DNA of 64,000 nt from Cyanobacteriota bacterium. GTDB taxonomy: Bacteria > Cyanobacteriota > Cyanobacteriia > PCC-6307 > Cyanobiaceae. This document shows, one piece after another, positions 57,051 through 64,000 of the stretch. The notes beneath the pieces are model-generated. The model did not search any database, had not been told where the DNA came from, and was given only the letters and a program-made list of their open reading frames with translations. A program made the position numbers and the translations under genes. The stretch covers positions 64,001-128,000 of the forward strand of contig JBJOMY010000003.1 in assembly GCA_046052125.1 (NCBI GenBank), given 5' to 3'. Position 1 is the stretch's first letter; each line of letters begins with the position of its first letter.

Positions 57051-59156
57051 TCAGCTGGCGGTTTTGAACAGGTACCCCTGAAACAGGCGGACACCCCGCT
57101 CCTGCCAGTACTCGAGTTGCTCCTCCGTTTCGATGCCTTCGAGGATCAGGCCGCAGCGGTTGAGCTCGCCGTAACGCAGCAGAAAAGCCACGAGGGCATC
57201 CACATTGGCGTCGCCGAGCCGTTGGGTGTAGGTGAGGTCGAGCTTGAGAAAGTCGGGGCGGAGCTGAAACAAGTAGGCGATCGAGGCGTAGCCCACCCCG
57301 AAATCGTCGATGGCAATCCGAACGCCGCAATCGCGGAGCTGTTGCAGTCGCTGCTCCCACAACTCGGGTTTGTTCACCAGCGCCGTTTCCGTCACCTCCA
57401 GCACCAGCCGCCGCCGCACCGATCCCGGCAGCGCGCGCACCAGATCCACCATCGCCTGCAGATGCAGCTCTGATCCGAAGCTCACGGCCGAGATGTTCAC
57501 CCCCAGCATCTGCTCCTGTCCCCAGGGCTCCCGCAAGAGGGCGATGGCCCGCCCCAACATCAGCTGATCGAGCAGATGCACGTTGTTGTTGCGCTCGAGG
57601 GCCAGCACCAGCTCTTGCACGCTGATCGAGCTCTCCAGTTCCTGCGGGAGGCGAAACAGCATCTCGCTGTAGGCCAGCCGCCGTTGGCCATGCACCAGCT
57701 CCAGCACCGGCTCTAGGGCGTAGCGATGCTCCTCGAGGGTGGCGATTGCGCGGCTTAGGTCGAAATCGCGCCTCTGTTGCTGTCGCAGTTGCCGGGCTTG
57801 CTCGGCCACGTTGTCGGGCAGCAGGTGCACCACCTCGGCGGTGTCGCTGTGGGCGAGCACCAAGGCCAGATCCGCCAGTTGCTGGGAGGGATCGCTGCGC
57901 TCGAGCTCGGTGACGATCCCACCCACCGCCAGCTGCATCGTTTCGGCCATGGCCTGCTCCAGCTCCCGCAACACCTGCTCGATGCCACGCCGGGCTTCGC
58001 TGGGATCGATGCCGTTGGCCCCACTTGGGCGGAGCACCTGCAGCAGGGTGTTGTTGTCGCCAAGGCCCAGAACGCTGCCGGGCTCAAGCTGCTGCAGTCG
58101 CTCCCCCAGCCAGGCCAGGGCCTGGTGCTGGGCCTGACTGCTCTGGCGGATGGCATCGCGGAACAGCAGCACCTTCACCTGCAGCGCCGCGATCCATAGC
58201 CCTGGTGGTGCACCGCCGGGCGGGCCGATCGCCTGGAGCAGGGCCCTGCGGCTGAGCAAGGGGCCCGGTAGCTCCTGCCGCAGCAGGCGCAGCTGGCGCA
58301 GGCCCATCAACCCGCCGATCCCCGCGAGGCCCACCAGAGCGTTCAGGCCGATCCAGCCCGGCGCCATCTCCACCAGCGCTTGCCAGCGCTGCCGCCACGG
58401 GTGCAAAGCCGGCTTGAGCTGCAGGGCCTGGCCTGCGGGCAGCAGCTCGCTCACGGCCGTGGCGGGGATGCTCTGGCTGCTGGCCGCGTTATGCAGGCTG
58501 CTGTTGATCCGGCTGAAGGCCGCGTTCACGGCTGTGTTGTAGCTGGGTCGCTCGATGCGGCTGAAGTGCAGCAGCCAGCCCCGCTCGGGCCCACCCCCGC
58601 CGCTGCGGCGGATCGCAGTGCCCGCCCCCAGCACCGATTGATCAGCGGCTTGGCAGTGGAAGCCGAAGGCCTGATGCCCCTCCCCCTGGGCGCTGCGACC
58701 CGCCAGGCGCTCCAGTTGTTTGTGCAGGCACTGGCGCAGCGGCGCTGACATCCCTGTGGCGATCGCTGCCCCGCGCGCCAACAGCTGACGCTGTTGTGCA
58801 TCCACCACCAGCAGCCCCTGACCGTCCTGAATAATTGAGGAGTTGTTGAGTTCGCGGGCCACGAAGCTGGGATCGTCTCCACCGGCGTAGGCATACAGGG
58901 GGTCCCAGTGCCCCCAGTCGAGCGCGGTGATCTTGTGGCTGTTCACCCGCAGCTCCAGCAGGCCCTGATCGGTTTCCCCCTGGTGGGCCTGGCTCTGTTG
59001 CAGCAGCAGCCAGCGTTGATGCCAGAGCACTCCGGCCAGCGATCCGCTCAACAGCACCCAGATCAGCAGTGCTGCGCTCAGGCTGCGGGGATGCTCCTGC
59101 CGCAGCCGTTGCCATTCGCCGCTGAGGTTGCTCAACCAGCGTGTGGGGCGCTCCAT
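57051..59156 (-). CDS. CHASE4-like sensor / degenerate GGDEF / EAL-domain protein
   Basis: DWGHWDPLY (CHASE4-like), EMLFRL, VNIS, LEVTE, IDDFGVGYAS, LEGIET, QGYLF. Confidence 0.85.
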   Translation of the reverse strand: MERPTRWLSNLSGEWQRLRQEHPRSLSAALLIWVLLSGSLAGVLWHQRWLLLQQSQAHQGETDQGLLELRVNSHKITALDWGHWDPLYAYAGGDDPSFVARELNNSSIIQDGQGLLVVDAQQRQLLARGAAIATGMSAPLRQCLHKQLERLAGRSAQGEGHQAFGFHCQAADQSVLGAGTAIRRSGGGGPERGWLLHFSRIERPSYNTAVNAAFSRINSSLHNAASSQSIPATAVSELLPAGQALQLKPALHPWRQRWQALVEMAPGWIGLNALVGLAGIGGLMGLRQLRLLRQELPGPLLSRRALLQAIGPPGGAPPGLWIAALQVKVLLFRDAIRQSSQAQHQALAWLGERLQQLEPGSVLGLGDNNTLLQVLRPSGANGIDPSEARRGIEQVLRELEQAMAETMQLAVGGIVTELERSDPSQQLADLALVLAHSDTAEVVHLLPDNVAEQARQLRQQQRRDFDLSRAIATLEEHRYALEPVLELVHGQRRLAYSEMLFRLPQELESSISVQELVLALERNNNVHLLDQLMLGRAIALLREPWGQEQMLGVNISAVSFGSELHLQAMVDLVRALPGSVRRRLVLEVTETALVNKPELWEQRLQQLRDCGVRIAIDDFGVGYASIAYLFQLRPDFLKLDLTYTQRLGDANVDALVAFLLRYGELNRCGLILEGIETEEQLEYWQERGVRLFQGYLFKTAS

Positions 59157-59243
59157 GTAACGGGCTTGCCACCTCGCTCAGCCCATTCTGTTGGGGCTGA
59201 TCGGCTTGAGCCAACAGCCTCGTGAGCGAACCTCCACATCAGC

Positions 59244-59938
59244 TCACCGGCGGTTGCCGTAGTAGCGCTGGGCCAGCTGATCAGCGCTGATGCCTTGGCG
59301 CCAGGCCTGACGCAGCTGGGCGTTGCGCCAGGCTGTGCCGATCACGCCGTGCCGTTGCCAGCGGCGGCCATCCACCTGCAGGGGCCGTTGCAGGCTGCGG
59401 ATCCGGGTGATGGCCCTGAGCCTCTGGATCAGCAGCAGGTCTTCCATCAGCGCGAGCTCAGGCATCCCGCCGGCCTGCTCCAGCAGGCTCCGGGGCACCA
59501 ACAGCCCCTGATCGCCGTAGGGCAGCTGCCGCCAGCGGGAGCGCAGCCGCACCGCCAGCTCCAGCAGCCGCAAGCTGAGGCCCGGGGCATCGATCGCCAG
59601 ATCAAAGGCCCAGGCCCCTGGCGCTTGCTGCAGCGCTCTCTGCACCACCAGCGCCCAGTCGTGGCAGAGGCGTGCATCGGCATGCAACAGCAACAACCAG
59701 GGAGCCGTTGTGGCATTGATGCCTCGGCGCAGTTGCTGTCCCCGTCCAGCAGGACTCTGCACAACCTGGGCACCGGCCAGGCGGGCGATCAACGGGGTGC
59801 CATCGTCGCTGCCGCCATCGACTACCACCCGCTCCCTGATCAGAGTGGGGGGCACCTGGGCCAGATCCGCCAGCAGCAGAGGCAGCCGTTGCCCTTCATT
59901 CAGGGCTGGGATCACCACAGCCAGCGCTGGGCGGCTCA
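59244..59938 (-). CDS. GT2 glycosyltransferase (TIGR04283-like)
   Basis: VVIPALNE, VDGGS.D, LHAD, PYGDQG, LMED; start approximate. Confidence 0.9.
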
Positions 59939-60871
59939 CGACCAGAGGCTGGGATCGCGGCTGATGGGCAGCTGCGCCAGTGGGTCGTGGGCGCACAGCA
60001 GATCGCCGCTGATGGTGGTGCACACCGAATCCATCGGCACACAGAAGCTGCTGCCATCGCGATCGAAGGGGTTTTCCACGTAGGCGCCCACGCGCTCCGC
60101 CGTGACAAATCCCAGAAACAGCACCAGCCCTTCCCAGGCATCACCACGGTTGCTGAAGTTGAGGAACTGCGCGTAGCCGTAAAACCAGCAGATCAGACGG
60201 ATAAACACGTCGTAGGTGGGTGGGATCGGCGAATTGCGAATGCGCTGCAATCCCCCCAGGGCGTTGCTGAAGGTTTCGCAGCTGCGCAGCAGCGCATCAC
60301 GGCCCCAGTCGTTGATGCGGCCGTCGCGGTGGAGGCGCGCGATGGCATCGGCTTTGTGCAGCATCCCGTGCTGCAGCCGGAGATCGCTCGGGAGAGCCAG
60401 CCTGGTACAGAGCGCGTCGACGGCCTGGCGGGCGTCCCTGCGCCAGTAGCCCCGCAGCTCAAAGTTGAGCAGCCAGCAGAGCAACACCTGCAACGACACC
60501 ATCTGTTGCTGGCTGGTGGCGGCATCGCCCTGGCTGGCCAACAGGGTGCGGAGGCTGTCGCGCCAGTGGCGGCTGAGGTTCACGATTGAGCCCCAGAGGA
60601 TGCGTGATTCCCACCAGCGGTTGATGGCCTGGGTGTTGCGGAAGGCCACGAACACGGAAACGGCGATGCCGAGCACGGTGAGCGAGGCGCCCTCCATCAG
60701 CACCAGGTTTTTCAGCTGTGGGCTGATCCGCAGCATCAAGCCGATGACGCACAGTGCTGCCATCACGGCCAGATCCCAGCGCATCCGGTAGGTGAGCTGA
60801 AACAGCACCCGCCCGGCGTTGCGGCGGGCCAGCTTCGGCGGGGGGATGGCGTTGGGGTCGCCCTGGATCAT
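59936..60871 (-). CDS. Bestrophin family channel
   Basis: AFRNTQAINRWWESR.LWG, RIRNSPIP..Y, ENPF. Confidence 0.9.
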   Translation of the reverse strand: MIQGDPNAIPPPKLARRNAGRVLFQLTYRMRWDLAVMAALCVIGLMLRISPQLKNLVLMEGASLTVLGIAVSVFVAFRNTQAINRWWESRILWGSIVNLSRHWRDSLRTLLASQGDAATSQQQMVSLQVLLCWLLNFELRGYWRRDARQAVDALCTRLALPSDLRLQHGMLHKADAIARLHRDGRINDWGRDALLRSCETFSNALGGLQRIRNSPIPPTYDVFIRLICWFYGYAQFLNFSNRGDAWEGLVLFLGFVTAERVGAYVENPFDRDGSSFCVPMDSVCTTISGDLLCAHDPLAQLPISRDPSLWS

Positions 60872-60895
60872 GCCCAGCTGCGGATCAAGCTCCGA

Positions 60896-61552
60896 TCATC
60901 GCCGCAACCAGGGGCGCAGGCTGGCGGCGGTGTCGAGGTCGCTCTGCTGCCGCAAGAGCCCAACGGGAAGCGCAAGCTCTGCCGCCTGCTTCAGGCTCTG
61001 CTGCAGCACCTGATCACTGCCCCAGGCGATGCCGCTCATCAGTCGGCGGCTGCCCTTCAAAAAACCACCCCGGTTGAAGCCGATCAGCCAATAGCCGCCA
61101 TCGAGGGCTGGCCCCAGCACCACCGGAGCTTGATTCAGCTGCGCGAACGCCTGCTCCAGATCGCCGGGTTCAAGCTCCGGAAGATCCGTGCCGATCAACA
61201 CCACCTGCTCAGCGCCAGCCGCAAAGCAGCGGCGCAGCTGGCCGTGCATGCGGCAGCCGAGAGTGCCGCCGCCTTGCGGTACCAGCTGCAGGCTGGGGCA
61301 ACCGCTGCTCGCTTGCAGATGCTGTTGCCAGCGCCTGGATGCCCTGGCGCCCAGCCCAGCCACCGCCAGGCTCAGCTGCGCTGGGCAGGAGGCCGCGGCT
61401 CTTGCTGCTACCGCCAGGGTGTGATCGGTGAGCTGGCGCTGCACTGCCGCGGCGCGGGCGATCGAGCCGATGCTGGCGGCCAGTCGCCGTTTACAGCGGC
61501 CCGGTGCTGGCCAGCGGGCCAGCACCACCAGCTGGCGCCCCGCGATCGCCAT
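60896..61552 (-). CDS. TIGR04282/DUF2064 glycosyltransferase-like protein
   Basis: ARWPAPGRCKRRLA, QG.G.LG.RM, LIGTDLP, LGPA.DGGYWLIG, DLDT. Confidence 0.9.
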   Translation of the reverse strand: MAIAGRQLVVLARWPAPGRCKRRLAASIGSIARAAAVQRQLTDHTLAVAARAAASCPAQLSLAVAGLGARASRRWQQHLQASSGCPSLQLVPQGGGTLGCRMHGQLRRCFAAGAEQVVLIGTDLPELEPGDLEQAFAQLNQAPVVLGPALDGGYWLIGFNRGGFLKGSRRLMSGIAWGSDQVLQQSLKQAAELALPVGLLRQQSDLDTAASLRPWLRR

Positions 61553-61556
61553 GGCG

Positions 61557-62675
61557 TCAGTTTTGGCGCGGCAGTTCAGCGGGCCGGAGCTGCAGGTTGA
61601 GCTGTTGATCACCCCGCTGCACTTGCATGCTCAGCGCTTCACCCACCCGTCCCTGATCCACGGCTACCTGCACCTCGGAGGGGTTGTCCACCACGCTCTT
61701 GCCCACGCGTTCAATCAGATCGCAGGCCCGCAGGCCGCCGCGGGCCGCTGGGCTGCCGGGCATCACCTCCACCACCACCACGCCGTTGCTCTCCGGCAGC
61801 TGGCATTCGGCGTTGGTGGCATTCACCTCCCTGGCCAGGGTTGGGGTGAGCGAAAGCAACCGCACCCCGATATAGGGATGGGAGGCGCGGCCGCTCTCCA
61901 GGATCTGGGCAGCGATCTGGCGGCCCAGGTTGATCGGGATCGCAAAACTCAGGCCGGCGCCAGGCGCCTTGCGGATGGCGGTGTTGATGCCGATCACCTG
62001 GCCCCGCTCGTTGATCAGCGGTCCGCCGCTGTTGCCGGGATTTACCGCGGCGTCGGTTTGCAGATAGGGCACCCGCTGGCCCTCGCCCACCGCGTTGGTG
62101 CGCTGCACGGCGCTGATGATGCCGGCGGTCACGGTGTTGTCGAGGCCGAGGGGGTTGCCGATGGCGATCGCCCACTCACCGGGGCGCACCTTCTCTGAAT
62201 CGCCCAGTGGGGCCACGGGTAGGCCGGCGGCGGCCACCTTCACCACAGCCACGTCGGTCACGGGGTCGGCACCGAGCACCTTGCCGCGGAAGCTGCGGCC
62301 ATCAGGCAGCGTTACCCCCACCTCACTGGCGCCTTCCACCACGTGGGCATTGGTGAGGATCACCCCATCGGAGCGGGTGATGAAGCCCGAGCCCTGTCCC
62401 TGCTGCTGCTGAATCGAGGGGCCGCCGCCGAACAGGCCGCCCAGCGGGTTCACCACGCGCCGCACCGTGTCGATGCGCACCACGGCGGGGCCCACCTTCT
62501 CCACGGCGCTCACGATGAAGTTGTTGCCGGGCTGCAGGCCAGCGCTCGGTGGGGCATCGCTGACACGGGTGGGATCTCCGCCTCGGCGTCCAGGAAGCCC
62601 CCCGCTGCAGGCGCTGAGAAGCCCTGCCAGCAGCAGGGCGCCGAGCAGGGATGGGCGGCTTGTGATGCGCATCAT
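61557..62675 (-). CDS. HtrA/HhoA-like serine protease with PDZ domain
   Basis: [29 protein letters not shown]. Confidence 0.95.
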   Translation of the reverse strand: MMRITSRPSLLGALLLAGLLSACSGGLPGRRGGDPTRVSDAPPSAGLQPGNNFIVSAVEKVGPAVVRIDTVRRVVNPLGGLFGGGPSIQQQQGQGSGFITRSDGVILTNAHVVEGASEVGVTLPDGRSFRGKVLGADPVTDVAVVKVAAAGLPVAPLGDSEKVRPGEWAIAIGNPLGLDNTVTAGIISAVQRTNAVGEGQRVPYLQTDAAVNPGNSGGPLINERGQVIGINTAIRKAPGAGLSFAIPINLGRQIAAQILESGRASHPYIGVRLLSLTPTLAREVNATNAECQLPESNGVVVVEVMPGSPAARGGLRACDLIERVGKSVVDNPSEVQVAVDQGRVGEALSMQVQRGDQQLNLQLRPAELPRQN

Positions 62676-62736
62676 TGGAGACGGACCCCTCCGGGGACTG
62701 CCCTTATATTCGTGGCCCGGAAGGGTTTGTGTGGCG

Positions 62737-64000
62737 GTGCAGCAAGGCGAAACGCTGTGGCGTCAGGTTCAAGAAGCGCTCCAGGGCAACCTCTCCAAAC
62801 CAACCTTTGAAACCTGGATCCGGCCCGCCCGCTGTGCTGGATTCGAAGGCAGTCAGCTGCAGCTTCTGGCGCCCAACGCCTTCGCCTGCGGGTGGCTGCG
62901 CAAGAACTATCTGGTGACCATCTCGGCCGTGGCCAGCGAGATCGCCGGCCGCAAGATCAGCGTTCAGGTGGAGGCCGGCACCGATCCAGACCTGGCTCAG
63001 GCGCTCAATGGCCATGGCGCTCAGGCCGTTGCGGCTCCGGGTGAGGCCAGCCCTGTAGGTGAATCCTCCTTGCCCGCCGCTGGCCAGCGCCTCCCCACGG
63101 GTGAGGCGCCCCGCAAGTTGGCCCCAGGCCTCAACCCCCGCTACGTGTTCAACCGCTTCGTGGTGGGCCCCAACAGCCGCATGGCCCATGCGGCAGCACT
63201 CGCGGTGGCCGAAGCTCCCGGCCGTGAGTTCAACCCACTGTTTATTTGTGGTGGTGTGGGCTTGGGGAAGACCCACCTGATGCAGGCGATCGGTCACTAC
63301 CGGCTTGAGATCGACCCGGATGCCCGCGTGGCTTACGTGAGCACCGAAACCTTCACCAACGATCTGATCCAGGCCATCCGCAAGGACGGCATGCAGAAGT
63401 TCCGCGATCGCTACCGCGCCGCTGATCTGATCCTGGTGGACGACATTCAGTTCATCGAAGGCAAGGAATACACCCAGGAGGAGTTTTTCCATACGTTCAA
63501 TGCCCTGCACGAGGCGGGCAGGCAAATCGTGATCGCCAGCGATCGGCCGCCTTCGCAGATTCCGCGCCTTCAGGAGCGGTTGATCTCGCGCTTCTCGATG
63601 GGCCTGATCGCTGATATTCAGGCGCCCGATCTGGAAACCCGCATGGCGATCCTGCACAAGAAGGCCGAACACGAGCGGGTGAATCTGCCCAGAGATCTGA
63701 TTCAGTACCTGGCCGGCCGCTTCACCTCCAACATCCGTGAACTCGAAGGCGCCCTCACCCGCGCCGTGGCCTTCGCCTCGATCACCGGTCTGCCGATGAC
63801 GGTGGAATCGGTGGCCCCAATGCTCGATCCCGCCGGCGTGGAGGTGGAGGTGACCCCCGCTCAGGTGTTGAACAAAGTGGCTGAGGTGTTTGGCGTGAGC
63901 GTGGAGGAGATGAAGAGCCCCAGCCGCAAGCGGGCGGTGAGCCAGGCCCGCCAGGTAGGCATGTATCTGATGCGCCAGGGCACCAACCTGTCACTGCCGC
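62737..64000 (+). CDS. dnaA: Chromosomal replication initiator DnaA (truncated at the window end)
   Basis: [62 protein letters not shown]; not in the ORF track because it runs off the edge. Confidence 0.97.
   Translation, partial: MQQGETLWRQVQEALQGNLSKPTFETWIRPARCAGFEGSQLQLLAPNAFACGWLRKNYLVTISAVASEIAGRKISVQVEAGTDPDLAQALNGHGAQAVAAPGEASPVGESSLPAAGQRLPTGEAPRKLAPGLNPRYVFNRFVVGPNSRMAHAAALAVAEAPGREFNPLFICGGVGLGKTHLMQAIGHYRLEIDPDARVAYVSTETFTNDLIQAIRKDGMQKFRDRYRAADLILVDDIQFIEGKEYTQEEFFHTFNALHEAGRQIVIASDRPPSQIPRLQERLISRFSMGLIADIQAPDLETRMAILHKKAEHERVNLPRDLIQYLAGRFTSNIRELEGALTRAVAFASITGLPMTVESVAPMLDPAGVEVEVTPAQVLNKVAEVFGVSVEEMKSPSRKRAVSQARQVGMYLMRQGTNLSLP

Overview
Picocyanobacterial (Cyanobium/Synechococcus-like, high-GC) chromosome segment. 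Bases ~49.2-64 kb are mostly housekeeping genes: tRNA-Pro(UGG), M23 peptidase, AlkB, RidA, FutC-like ABC ATPase, gloB, hisG, ABC exporter, GNAT, EAL protein, two glycosyltransferases, bestrophin, HtrA and a dnaA truncated by the window edge. Everything to the left (1-~49.2 kb, left end not in the window) looks like one large accessory island abutting the 3' end of tRNA-Pro. It contains: (i) a phage-like head module (portal, scaffold, major capsid protein, collagen-like fibre genes, holin-like gene and C39 peptidase) with no recognisable tail genes, interrupted by cargo and toxin-antitoxin genes, and with a shared CGGCAA(C/T)AG motif before most units; (ii) an element-encoded sigma factor and ArdC, preceded by a family of long DNA hairpins; (iii) a type I R-M operon and a kinase-WYL regulator; (iv) a heavy-metal cluster with four MerR-type 19-bp-spacer promoters; (v) a module with LexA-like boxes carrying Rad52/Sak, Gp157, a SLOG protein and a frameshifted Abi HEPN gene. 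All family assignments come from motif recognition by eye; no database search was run.
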